Shown here piece by piece: positions 1 to 8,898 of a DNA stretch of 37,040 bases. The translations under genes and the position numbers were made by a program. This DNA comes from a virus (lineage: Duplodnaviria > Caudoviricetes). Below the pieces are notes generated by a model. It saw only the letters and a list, made by a program, of their open reading frames with translations, searched no databases and was not told the DNA's origin. The stretch is from the IMG/VR virus record IMGVR_UViG_3300028585_000526, positions 1 through 37,040 of that record; one strand, given 5' to 3'. Position 1 is the first letter of the stretch. Every line of letters starts with the position of its first letter.

Positions 1-1176
1 ATGGCGCGTGAGAGGAATAAGCTAACGGCAATCGGCTTGCGGAACGTGGGTGACGGCAAGCACAATGACGGTGCTGGCCTAATGCTTCACAAAAAAGATT
101 CGGGCGGGCGGTGGATCTATCGATACAGTTTCGCTGGCGTTCGCCGAGACATGGGTCTTGGTAGCTATCCCGAAGTCAGCTTAGCCGAAGCCCGTAAATC
201 GCGTGACCTTTGGGCGTCGGTCATCGCGTCAGGACGTGACCCCATATCCACCCGTGAACGGCAGTTGGAGGCGGAACGGGCGGAACTGGACCGTCGCGAC
301 CCAACATTTGCCGAGGTGGCAGATGCGGTGTTCGAAGCAAAAAAGGCGGGCTTGCGCGGAGATGGGGAACGTGGGCGATGGTTCAGCCCGATCCGCCTCC
401 ATCTTATCCCAAGGCTGGGGAAGCGTCGCATCACCGACATTCATCAGTCAGACATCAGAGACGCTCTTGCACCAATCTGGAAGGAAAAACCCCCGACTGC
501 GGAGAAGGCAATCCAGCGGCTGCATATCATCTTCACCCAAGCAAAGCTCAGCGGGCTGGCCGTAGATCCCTTCACGGTCAAGGCCGCCCAACACATGTTG
601 GGCGAGGTCCGGCATAAAATCACATCCATCCCCGCGACGCCGTGGCAGGAGATACCGGACCTGTTTGAACGCCTAGACCGCCCCGGCGCGTCCTTCCAAT
701 GTCTCCGGTGGATGATCCTGACCGCCGTCCGGTCCGAGGGTGCTCGAGGGGCGCGGTTCAGCGAGATTGATGGCGATGTCTGGACGATCCCGGCAGACCG
801 GATGAAGGGCAACGAGGGCAAAGCCCAGCCCTTTCGCGTTCCGCTGTCGAAAGCGGCACTCTCGATTGTCGAATACCAGCGACAGACGGCAGCAGGCGAC
901 CTCATCTTCTCCTACCGACGCGGCAGTTACATCACCAGCACATCCATTGAGAAAGCGATGAACCTGCTGGGCGAGGTGGGGCGGCCGCATGGCTTCCGCA
1001 CTAGCTTCAGGACGTGGGTGCAGGACACGGAGGCCGCGACCTATGATGTGGCGGAGACGGCCCTTACCCATACAATTGGAAGCAAAGTCGAGCGCAGTTA
1101 TGCGCGATCTGATCTATTAGATAACCGACGCTTATTGATGAATAAATGGTCAGGGTTTGTCGCCCCAATGGAATAG
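1..1176 (+). CDS. int: P4-type tyrosine integrase with N-terminal arm-binding domain
   Basis: DGAGLML..GRWIYRY..MGLGSYPEVSLAEAR arm-binding signature; catalytic R (AVR), K (MKG), HGFR, LTH and Y (RSY). Confidence 0.95.
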   Translation: MARERNKLTAIGLRNVGDGKHNDGAGLMLHKKDSGGRWIYRYSFAGVRRDMGLGSYPEVSLAEARKSRDLWASVIASGRDPISTRERQLEAERAELDRRDPTFAEVADAVFEAKKAGLRGDGERGRWFSPIRLHLIPRLGKRRITDIHQSDIRDALAPIWKEKPPTAEKAIQRLHIIFTQAKLSGLAVDPFTVKAAQHMLGEVRHKITSIPATPWQEIPDLFERLDRPGASFQCLRWMILTAVRSEGARGARFSEIDGDVWTIPADRMKGNEGKAQPFRVPLSKAALSIVEYQRQTAAGDLIFSYRRGSYITSTSIEKAMNLLGEVGRPHGFRTSFRTWVQDTEAATYDVAETALTHTIGSKVERSYARSDLLDNRRLLMNKWSGFVAPME

Positions 1177-1919
1177 TGAGACAGAACTTGTTTGAAATTA
1201 TTGAAGATTTAAGTGCTAAGGGACTGCAAACTTACATTGCCCTAGAAGGCTTAGAAGCACAAAAAGATATAGTTATACTCACCATTATCGGTCTGTGCGT
1301 TTCAGCCGGTGGGCTTGTCGTAACTCTAATATCTTTACGCGCACTATATATATCATTAGGGCTGACCAAAGCTTCAGTTGTCATTGCGGAAAAAACTGCG
1401 ACTGCTTCAGTTGACGCCGTAACCGCAAACAGAGCGTGGATCATGCCCGATGGCTATGAGAACGACGAATACATTGATGATAAGCAAGACGGCGGTTACG
1501 TTTTCCGCCTAAAATGGAAAAACTTTGGGCAAACCCCGGCAATAAAAGTTCGCTTCATAGCTGACCACAGCCTAATTGAACTCGACCCTAATAACCCCGT
1601 GGACCTAACAAATTTGGTGTTTCCTAAATTCGACAATTACCTTGTTGATAGAGATAGCGATTCGTTCTTGCCGCAGGGAAGCTTCGCGACTTCCCGCCTG
1701 ATTCCCCTACTGGGCAACGACTACGAGAGATGGACCTTGTCAAAGGTCGGACTTATTATGCATGGCTACTGCCAATACGAAGATATTTATGGCGTATTGC
1801 ATAAATCTGAAGTTACGATCATCGCGATTGTTAATGGAATAATACAAGATAACAAAACTCAAGTGTTGATGCCGAGAATTGAAGTCCAAGTGGTAGGGAG
1901 GCAGAATATCGTCACCTAA
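1176..1919 (+). CDS. AT-rich accessory protein: one N-terminal TM helix plus a probable beta-sandwich domain
   Basis: In-frame GTG at 1176 overlaps the integrase TAG (TAGTG); hydrophobic IVILTIIGLCVSAGGLVVTLISL; KNFGQTPA and YEDIYG motifs. Confidence 0.75.
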   Translation: MRQNLFEIIEDLSAKGLQTYIALEGLEAQKDIVILTIIGLCVSAGGLVVTLISLRALYISLGLTKASVVIAEKTATASVDAVTANRAWIMPDGYENDEYIDDKQDGGYVFRLKWKNFGQTPAIKVRFIADHSLIELDPNNPVDLTNLVFPKFDNYLVDRDSDSFLPQGSFATSRLIPLLGNDYERWTLSKVGLIMHGYCQYEDIYGVLHKSEVTIIAIVNGIIQDNKTQVLMPRIEVQVVGRQNIVT

Positions 1920-1964
1920 AATTCTCCCCTTCACCCCACCAAAGCACGGGCACAGCCCTGCTCT

Positions 1965-2210
1965 TCAAACCTTGATCACGTTCAGGCCGACCATAAAGCT
2001 GGACGTGCCGGACTTGAACCCCGTCGTTCGGACCGGAACCATCACCAGATCGGCCGCGCCCCGATGCCCACACAGAGTGCACCGGGCACGTGCCAGCATC
2101 TCCCCCCGCTCAAGCCAGCGGGAGACGGCCACATATGCGCTATGGCCGTATTGGCAGGTCTGGCTGTAATAATGCACGCGCTCATATATGCATGAACGCT
2201 TGCGGAACAT
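1965..2210 (-). CDS. Small Zn-finger-like hypothetical protein
   Basis: 81 aa with CQYGH...CTLCG. Confidence 0.5.
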   Translation of the reverse strand: MFRKRSCIYERVHYYSQTCQYGHSAYVAVSRWLERGEMLARARCTLCGHRGAADLVMVPVRTTGFKSGTSSFMVGLNVIKV

Positions 2211-2219
2211 CTCTTGATT
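2205..2219 (-). promoter_or_regulatory. Possible alphaproteobacterial LexA (SOS) box
   Basis: AATC-N7-GTTC on the minus strand (consensus GTTC-N7-GTTC), overlapping the ATG of 1965..2210. Confidence 0.4.
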
Positions 2220-2442
2220 CGTGAAGAGGAATGCACGGTGATCAGTCGCACCCCTGAAACCTCATAGCAAACTCACACGCGCTTCCAAGTTGGAGATGAT
2301 CAGTCCCGCCGCCTGCCAAGAGTGTGTCCGAACAGCACCTCGCTCACGAAGACCCGACAATTCTGCTCCGCTCGTCATTGAAAATTAAGGTTGCAAATTC
2401 AGCTGATATATCTCCCTATACGTGCGATAAATCGAGGGGCCG

Positions 2443-3300
2443 ATGGGAAAAATCTTACGCTTTCATCTGTTTCGTCTGAGCTTAAGAAGAAGCCAGCAGA
2501 AGCATATTTCAGAATTTCTAAATGGACTAAAAGACAGAGAAGAATGGTTGCGGGCATTATTTTCCCAAACCGTCGAATTCCGGCATAGAGGAGTAGATTA
2601 TGCATATATTCCGATCGAGAGCACAGACGGAACTGGTTTAATTTATGGTCGAATTGGACGGCGCATTATTGAGGTAGAAAATAGATCACCTGCGCATGGC
2701 TTTACGGAGTATCTCCATGAAGCATGGAAAGCAGCCGTTTTGATATTAGACCCTGGCGATCATAAAGATGGACAGAAGCTTTCTATTCAGTCCCATCCTG
2801 ACGTCGGGAAACCGTCCAGCATAGCACCACGGCTAATACAAGCGTTAGAAGAACGTATTGATGGATTATCATATCTCACATCCGTTCACGAAATTTCCAA
2901 CGAAGAAGCATTTTGGGATTTCGTCAAACGGAACGAAGGAAGAGTAACTCGATTAACCGTTCTGCTCGAAGTCCCCAATATGTTTGGTGGCGATCAAGAA
3001 TACGATGACGAGATGAGGAAGTTTCGCGATATAGAGCATGCTCAAAAGGTTAAGGTAGAGATTTCAAACCCTGAGGGTTTAGACCTCGACACCGAGCGCG
3101 TTCACTACACCGTTGAAAAAGCGATGAGTAAAGGCACTGGTCTCGTAACAGCTCGAGCCATGGGGAAGAATAATAAATTTTCCTCTGAAAACCAACAAGA
3201 GGTTGCACTAGTCGAAGTTCCAGACGATAATAAGGAACTTAGCCTAGAAGAATTAAAAGGCGAATTCGCGGATAGGATATTAGGTCGTGACGAAGTTTGA
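2443..3300 (+). CDS. AT-rich soluble hypothetical protein, gene A of a candidate defence operon (possibly DUF4747-like)
   Basis: 285-aa ORF, GAGGGG RBS, AT-rich codon usage, RLTVLLEVPN motif. Confidence 0.8.
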   Translation: MGKILRFHLFRLSLRRSQQKHISEFLNGLKDREEWLRALFSQTVEFRHRGVDYAYIPIESTDGTGLIYGRIGRRIIEVENRSPAHGFTEYLHEAWKAAVLILDPGDHKDGQKLSIQSHPDVGKPSSIAPRLIQALEERIDGLSYLTSVHEISNEEAFWDFVKRNEGRVTRLTVLLEVPNMFGGDQEYDDEMRKFRDIEHAQKVKVEISNPEGLDLDTERVHYTVEKAMSKGTGLVTARAMGKNNKFSSENQQEVALVEVPDDNKELSLEELKGEFADRILGRDEV

Positions 3301-3718
3301 TCAGTGGATGATATTTTCTTTATCTCTATTGATTTTTGGCACCGTCAACTTTCTGGACCAATCTATATTTAGCGATCAAAATGAATTTCTCAAAGATTTC
3401 GTCAATCACGAATTTCTAAACTTTATGGCAGTGATTGTTACCATAACGCTGGGCTTCTCCGCTAACACCTATGTAAATCTTGTCCAGAAAGAAGCACGTG
3501 TCGGACAAGAGGTATTTACAAGAACAAAACGAGCTATAAAAACCTCTGCATTATTTTTACTAGGGGGGCTGGCGGCGTCCGTCATCTTGTGTGTTGTTAA
3601 ACCCCTTCTTCCTGATAAGGCGGTTTATGAAGGTATAGCTAATCTTACCTGCCTACATATCATCCTATTCGGGATATTTGTCTTATACGATATGACCAAG
3701 CTTGCACTTAAGGCGTAA
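3287..3718 (+). CDS. Four-TM membrane protein, gene B of a candidate defence operon
   Basis: GTG start overlapping gene A by 14 nt; four hydrophobic segments in 143 aa. Confidence 0.8.
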   Translation: MTKFDQWMIFSLSLLIFGTVNFLDQSIFSDQNEFLKDFVNHEFLNFMAVIVTITLGFSANTYVNLVQKEARVGQEVFTRTKRAIKTSALFLLGGLAASVILCVVKPLLPDKAVYEGIANLTCLHIILFGIFVLYDMTKLALKA

Positions 3719-3719
3719 C

Positions 3720-3742
3720 GGTGGGGCAATCCTTGCCCTACC
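3720..3742. terminator. Hairpin between convergent genes (4-TM gene and holin)
   Basis: GGTGGGGCAA-TCC-TTGCCCTACC. Confidence 0.5.
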
Positions 3743-3755
3743 AGTAAAATCGAGA

Positions 3756-3965
3756 TCAGGTCCGCCAACCGAGGCGCTTGGCCAGCCCGTAGGCCGCTTC
3801 CGTGGCAACACCCACCACGATGCCGAGGCCGGTGGCCACGGCCCCCGATATGACAGGATCGTTCTGGATCACCTGCGCGGTTTCGTCTGATACGATGCCG
3901 TAGGTCACGAGGGCACCCGCAGCATAGCGCAGGGCGATGCGGGGGATGGCGGGATTGATCTTCAT
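3756..3965 (-). CDS. Putative holin
   Basis: 69 aa, two hydrophobic segments, basic C-terminus, ATGA-coupled to the endolysin. Confidence 0.65.
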   Translation of the reverse strand: MKINPAIPRIALRYAAGALVTYGIVSDETAQVIQNDPVISGAVATGLGIVVGVATEAAYGLAKRLGWRT

Positions 3966-4795
3966 ACGACATTCTCCAGTTCAGGGATAAGGACGGCCCA
4001 CGTCTTGGGGCCGATGATGCCGTCAGCCGTCAGGCCTCGGGACACTTGGAAGGCCACGGTCGCGGCATCGGTATCAGGGCCAAACCGCCCGTCGATGCCC
4101 TTAGGATCGAAGCCCAGCTTCTTCAGCAGCTTTTGCGCAGTGGTGACATGCGCGTTGCGGGCACCAAGGCCGATGTTCGGGTGGGTCAGCAGCACGTCCG
4201 GGATCGCCTGCCATTTGGCGAAAGCTGCAGCCAGCTTCGTGTGATAGCCGTGGGTGGCATATCCCGCCCCGTTGTAGCCCCGCGCGAAGCCAGACCAGTC
4301 GTGACGGCGCAGATCATCGTCCAGCCCTTCGGACCGGATGAAGCTGATCATCGCGTCCAGTTGTGCCTTCTCGCTTTCGCAGAAGGCCGCAACCATATCC
4401 CCCGCCGAGGCATATCCCGCTGCCTTGTGGTTGAAGCCCATGATCTGCCCGATACCCCAGCTTGCCGAGCGCAGCGCGGCGGCGGGATCCAGTTTGTAGG
4501 CGCGTATGAAGGCCGCGTAGCTGTCGGCGGGATAGGGGGTCATGCCCCAGACCGGATAGGCCAACCCGCTTGCCTCGGCAGCCGTTCGCTTCTGACCCTG
4601 GCCGAGCTCGCGCCAGAACACATGCGGCTCGAACAACATGCGCGGACGGCCCAGCTTGTCGAACCCGCCCCCCGCTGTTTCCACGGCCAGCACCGCGCGG
4701 ATCTCGTCTTCGCCCGTCCCGATGCGACGGCCCACCATGGCCACGTCGATAGAGGACAGCGCCACGGCACTGCCCTTGAACCCTGCAGGGATCAT
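3962..4795 (-). CDS. Endolysin: N-acetylmuramidase (DUF3380-type) with C-terminal peptidoglycan-binding domain
   Basis: AVLAVETAGGGF, LFEPHVF, SWGIGQIMGFNH, FARGYNG; DGRFGPDT...DGIIGPKTW; GGAG RBS. Confidence 0.92.
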   Translation of the reverse strand: MIPAGFKGSAVALSSIDVAMVGRRIGTGEDEIRAVLAVETAGGGFDKLGRPRMLFEPHVFWRELGQGQKRTAAEASGLAYPVWGMTPYPADSYAAFIRAYKLDPAAALRSASWGIGQIMGFNHKAAGYASAGDMVAAFCESEKAQLDAMISFIRSEGLDDDLRRHDWSGFARGYNGAGYATHGYHTKLAAAFAKWQAIPDVLLTHPNIGLGARNAHVTTAQKLLKKLGFDPKGIDGRFGPDTDAATVAFQVSRGLTADGIIGPKTWAVLIPELENVV

Positions 4796-4812
4796 AGGTG
4801 TCTCCAGTCATG

Positions 4813-4837
4813 AAAAAGCCCCGCACAAAGGCGGGGC
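4813..4837 (-). terminator. Intrinsic terminator between the Hint gene and the endolysin
   Basis: GCCCCGC-N6-GCGGGGC-TTTTT on the minus strand. Confidence 0.8.
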
Positions 4838-4879
4838 AAGTGGTCGGATAGTTGGGGAGAGCGTTTCCGCCCTTTCTAA

Positions 4880-6070
4880 TCAGATGACCAAAGGCCGATC
4901 GTTTGTGAGGTGTCGCATTGCCAGCTTGCGGCCTTGTCGGCCCGAAAGCAACGGACGGGCGGCAGTCGCTTGGTAATCTTCGTCCTGCAACTCTGGGAAA
5001 AGCGCAAAGATCTCCTCTGCAGCTGCTTTACCAACGCCTTTGAGTGCTTGTGCCCCGGTATACAACGACTCCGTCTCGGCACCGTTGGAGATCACGACTT
5101 CATGCTGATCGAACAGGAAGTGGAAATACTCTACGGCCTGCAAGTCATCTGCAATATCGATACCATCCAGGCAAAGCAGTTGCTTCGCAGCAACGAGAAC
5201 TTCGTTCGAGTCAAACATGCGAATCGCGATCTTGGATCGGACAAGAACGCGGTGTTGCGGTGAGACAAGAAGATCCGAGGATGGAACGCCTTCACCCAAT
5301 GCACCGGCGCGGATCCGGATGGCGTTCAGGTGAGGGTTAGCCCGAAGCGCCGCAGTGTTCAACCGGCGAGACCCGATCCACTGCAATGGTTTGTCGCCAT
5401 TGTCCTTGGTGGACACCAGATCACCGGCCTGCAGTTCTTCCACAGGGCGGTAGCCATCAGGTGTGAGGATCATGGTCCCTGCAGCGAAGCAGACAAGATC
5501 ATTGATTTCGCCAGGATCAAGATCGAGATCAATACTCGGATCTGCTGCCTGTGTGACGATAACGCCGTTGAGCAGACCATTCACGCCACCCGGGACCAAG
5601 GGCGCCACAAGCGGGTTGGCCAGAAGCTGGTTCAGCGTGACGTCTACCAACGGAGTTGATGTCGGAGGAAGTGCAGTGTTGAGCGACCCCGAAACCGTGA
5701 TGTTGTTGGCGTCCAAAGGACCTTCGGTTATGATGAAAACGCTTCCATCATCTGCAACGAAATAGTTGCCTGAAATGGGGTTTACGGTCAGGTTAACACT
5801 GACACCTAGAACCGGACCAAGTGTCAGGGCAGCATTGCTGAATTCAACACCGCCTTGATACGTTCCGGATACCGGGCTTCCCCCAACTACGGGTGCCAGA
5901 TAATCACCCGTTTCAGTGGTTGCTGCATCAGCATCGTCCAGAACATTGTAAGACGAGAATTGCGTCGACGTCCCGAAGGAGTTCAGCACGCCAGTTGGTG
6001 GCAATGTCACAACTGGGTTCGTGGCTTGAAGGTCGATTGTCGCGCCGTTGATTTGAGTAATGTAGGGCAT
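4880..6070 (-). CDS. Hint (bacterial intein-like, Hint_2 type) domain protein; moron
   Basis: VCFAAGTMILTPDGYRPVEELQAGDLV, LLVSPQHRVL, YFHFLFDQHEVVISNGAETES; about 193-aa N-terminal region of unknown function. Confidence 0.92.
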   Translation of the reverse strand: MPYITQINGATIDLQATNPVVTLPPTGVLNSFGTSTQFSSYNVLDDADAATTETGDYLAPVVGGSPVSGTYQGGVEFSNAALTLGPVLGVSVNLTVNPISGNYFVADDGSVFIITEGPLDANNITVSGSLNTALPPTSTPLVDVTLNQLLANPLVAPLVPGGVNGLLNGVIVTQAADPSIDLDLDPGEINDLVCFAAGTMILTPDGYRPVEELQAGDLVSTKDNGDKPLQWIGSRRLNTAALRANPHLNAIRIRAGALGEGVPSSDLLVSPQHRVLVRSKIAIRMFDSNEVLVAAKQLLCLDGIDIADDLQAVEYFHFLFDQHEVVISNGAETESLYTGAQALKGVGKAAAEEIFALFPELQDEDYQATAARPLLSGRQGRKLAMRHLTNDRPLVI

Positions 6071-6320
6071 GCAGATTCCTCACAATTCACCGATGCGTCC
6101 AAGGATATGGACGGCATTTCAGGCGTTTAGGTCAAGGTAGCTACCCCTTAGGTTGTATACCGCACTTTTTACGGGAGTCACGTCAAAGTTAATGAATTAT
6201 TTATTGTGACTTCGTAGCCAAGCACAGCCGCCTAAATTTCACTCAGGTGACCTGAAGACGGCAGCCGAGCGTGTTCAACTCCTGCATCAAATCGTCATGA
6301 CGCGATGCGTCGAAATTTCC

Positions 6321-6920
6321 TCATATCTTACCCAGCAGCTGGTAGACTGCCGTATCCGTGCGGTCATAGACCCGCTTGCCAGCGCAATCGTATTCCAGCG
6401 CCAGATACAGTTCGATCCGTCCAGGACGTAAGTTCTCGGGCGGGGTCAGCCTCAGATGCAACCGTGTTTGCTGTGCGGCCAGCCGCCGAGTGCTGGCCGG
6501 AAGGGCAGATCCGGGGGTCATCACACCCCCGGATTCGGTGAACAGAGACTCCCCACCCATAAAGTTGCAGTTCGCCCCCAACGTCGTGCGTTCGATGACA
6601 AGGTTGTAGACCACGTCCTCCCCCAGATGGACGGGTTCGGTGACGTAGCTCAACCCTTTGGGCTGGCGGATCACCCGGTCATCCCCCGTGGCCTGCGCCA
6701 CGTCCGCCCGCAACTCCGCCACTTCAGCCGAGATCGTGGCAAGGGTGTCGGGTGATTGCCAGATGGCGGACACGTTGGCCCAGAATGGCGTGGCGATCAG
6801 CAGGAACAGCGCCCCGATGGCCCAGAAGGCGATCCCCGTGAGCCAGACCCACAGCCGGTCGAGGAAGAACTGTCTGGTTGGCAAGAGGCGTTCACCCTTG
6901 CTGTCGATGTTCTGGGTCAT
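6321..6920 (-). CDS. Membrane-anchored phage protein, possibly a lysis accessory
   Basis: Single TM (LWVWLTGIAFWAIGALFLLIA), short coiled coil, domain with two Cys; ATGA-coupled to the upstream gene. Confidence 0.8.
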   Translation of the reverse strand: MTQNIDSKGERLLPTRQFFLDRLWVWLTGIAFWAIGALFLLIATPFWANVSAIWQSPDTLATISAEVAELRADVAQATGDDRVIRQPKGLSYVTEPVHLGEDVVYNLVIERTTLGANCNFMGGESLFTESGGVMTPGSALPASTRRLAAQQTRLHLRLTPPENLRPGRIELYLALEYDCAGKRVYDRTDTAVYQLLGKI

Positions 6921-7162
6921 TCTGTCGGCACCTCCGGCCAGTCTATCTGTTCAACCAGCGTGACGCCCTTAGGCGTCAGCCCGTCATATGCCGGAATGGC
7001 CCACTGCCCGTCCGCCGTCCGCATTGGGATGGCCCAGCTCTCAGTGACACGCTGATCGGGCGGCACTTCCATCCCGTCGCGGTATTCGGGTTCGCCCACG
7101 ACCTCACGCGCCGCCCGCGCCTCTGCGGCGACGATGGCGGTTCTGCTTCCGACCCACCACAT
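6917..7162 (-). CDS. Hypothetical protein (fibre module)
   Basis: 81 aa, start/stop overlaps on both sides. Confidence 0.7.
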   Translation of the reverse strand: MWWVGSRTAIVAAEARAAREVVGEPEYRDGMEVPPDQRVTESWAIPMRTADGQWAIPAYDGLTPKGVTLVEQIDWPEVPTE

Positions 7163-7482
7163 CAGCGAATATCCCGCGTGATTTTCACGACGATGAAACC
7201 ACCGTTCGGCGCAGTTTCAACCGAGCCGTCGGCATAGGTTATCTCGAACTCCGCCTCGTAGAGACCGTCCACGGCCGTATCCTCGTCCTGCCAGAAGTAG
7301 ATGATCTCGTTGCCCTCGATCCGGCAGCGCTGGCGGTCGACGACCAGGCGACCTGTGACCGCCTCCGCCATGGAGAAGACGACGCTGGCATCGGCGGGGA
7401 TCTCCAGCGGTCCCGCTGCGGTCGAGAACGACCGGCGGATGGCGGGGGCCGTATCCCCGCGCTTGATGGAAAAGCTGTCCAT
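7162..7482 (-). CDS. BppU-like baseplate/fibre adaptor domain protein
   Basis: Start MDSFSIKRGDT with GAGG RBS; YFWQDEDT..GLYEAEFEITYADG.VET.PN pattern. Confidence 0.7.
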   Translation of the reverse strand: MDSFSIKRGDTAPAIRRSFSTAAGPLEIPADASVVFSMAEAVTGRLVVDRQRCRIEGNEIIYFWQDEDTAVDGLYEAEFEITYADGSVETAPNGGFIVVKITRDIR

Positions 7483-7489
7483 GTGATCC

Positions 7490-8518
7490 TCAGATGATGC
7501 GGCCGGAATTGCCGGACGTGGTGATGCGGCTGTCTGTGGCTGTGGAGATGCGACCACGGGGGCGGAAGACGCTGCGCAGGCGTCCTGCTCCGGTCAGGGC
7601 AGGCAGCAGCGCCGCACCCGTCGCTTTCGCAATCGCCCGCGCGACACCATCCGCCCCCAGCCCCGGCAGAAGCATCGCGCCTTGCGCCTTTGCGATGGCG
7701 CGGGCGGTGCCTTCCGCTTCCAGCCCCGGCAGGACCGTGGCCCCGCGTGCAGAGGCGATGGCGCGAGCCTGACCGCTCCCGATCAGCCCCGGCAAGACGC
7801 AGGCACCGGAGGCTTTCACGGGCTGCACATAGACCATGGGCGGGGCCGTGCGGAACGGATGGCTGGCAGGAAGGCGATTGGCGAACCCGAAGCGGTGCGC
7901 GAGATACCCTTGGAAACGCTGCACGGTGTCGAGCGTGTATCCGGCCCCAAGCGCCACGGCGTAGAACATGGGGCCCCGCCAGCTGCGGTTGGCGTTCGGC
8001 GTCATCGACGGCCCCCATGTCCCCGCGCCATATGCGAAGGCCATTTCCACCATCGACACGGGCAGCGGCAGGATCACGTCACTTGCCGGGCCATCATTCA
8101 CGACAGGCCGTATCCCGGCGTCGAGGAAGCCTGTCTGCGACCGGAGCCGCACCCTGTCGCTGCCCGTGTCGTTCTGGTTGCCCCAAAGGGTGCAGATGGC
8201 CGCGTCCGTGTTCAGCTGCGTCCCGTCGCGGAACTGCATGACCACGGCATACCAGGCAGGCTGGAACGCGGCAGCCGTCGCCATCTTCAGGGAATTGACG
8301 GCATCGGGAAAGACCAGCGCCGAAAACCCACCCACGCGTCCGAACGGCACCTGAAGGCTGGCCACCGGCTGCACGAGGGACCGCACCCCCCAAAGATCGG
8401 GAATGGCCGTGGCCTTCGCGCCACCGCTGTCCAGTTGCGCCGACGCGAAGTCCCACACCCCGCCGTTGGCACGCTCCGCAGCCGGAACATCGGCAGGCGT
8501 CCAGAGGCGGGACGCCAT
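7490..8518 (-). CDS. Putative fibre/receptor-binding protein with C-terminal 21-aa repeats
   Basis: LWTPAD N-terminus, QGYLAHRFG..LPASHPF motif, repeated GA..LPGL...G.ARAIA. Confidence 0.75.
   Translation of the reverse strand: MASRLWTPADVPAAERANGGVWDFASAQLDSGGAKATAIPDLWGVRSLVQPVASLQVPFGRVGGFSALVFPDAVNSLKMATAAAFQPAWYAVVMQFRDGTQLNTDAAICTLWGNQNDTGSDRVRLRSQTGFLDAGIRPVVNDGPASDVILPLPVSMVEMAFAYGAGTWGPSMTPNANRSWRGPMFYAVALGAGYTLDTVQRFQGYLAHRFGFANRLPASHPFRTAPPMVYVQPVKASGACVLPGLIGSGQARAIASARGATVLPGLEAEGTARAIAKAQGAMLLPGLGADGVARAIAKATGAALLPALTGAGRLRSVFRPRGRISTATDSRITTSGNSGRII
7580..7815 (-). repeat. Four degenerate 63-bp / 21-aa coding tandem repeats
   Basis: ASGACVLPGLIGSGQARAIAS / ARGATVLPGLEAEGTARAIAK / AQGAMLLPGLGADGVARAIAK / ATGAALLPALTGAG. 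Confidence 0.85.
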
Positions 8519-8886
8519 CAGACCGCCTTCGCGAGGTCGAGGGTCAGGGGCGACAATTCCACCCCTTCCGTGACGACGAAGGCCGTGCGGGTGATCGTCA
8601 CATCCCCGCCGCCCGTGACGCTGATGGTGCCCATGACCTCATCCGCCCCATCAGCGGACTGCAGAATGAATCGCCCTACTGCGCCCGCCGTGGTGATGAT
8701 GATCTCCGGTATGGCGCGGGCCGTCACCTTGCCATCCACCGCCGCGTCGAAGGCGGGTGCGGATAGCTGGACGCTGCCGAGGGTCACGCCTGCTGCCGTC
8801 TGGAGCAGGAGGGTGCCGCCCGCCAATCGCGCCGCGACGGCGTTGGTCTGGATGTTGCGCAATGCGGGATTGAGAACGAGTGCCAT
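8518..8886 (-). CDS. Small beta-rich virion structural protein
   Basis: Start MALVLNPALRN with GGAGG RBS; Ala/Gly/Thr/Val-rich. Confidence 0.75.
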   Translation of the reverse strand: MALVLNPALRNIQTNAVAARLAGGTLLLQTAAGVTLGSVQLSAPAFDAAVDGKVTARAIPEIIITTAGAVGRFILQSADGADEVMGTISVTGGGDVTITRTAFVVTEGVELSPLTLDLAKAV

Positions 8887-8898
8887 GTGGCCTCCATG

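Noticed and set aside
2262-2378. 38-codon minus-strand ORF (MTSGAELSG...)
   Set aside because: Short, no RBS or recognisable motif, and overlaps the likely promoter region of the two-gene operon
4880-6070. Canonical intein or polymorphic toxin
   Set aside because: No host protein is interrupted, there is no terminal His-Asn plus nucleophile, and no C-terminal toxin or immunity gene follows
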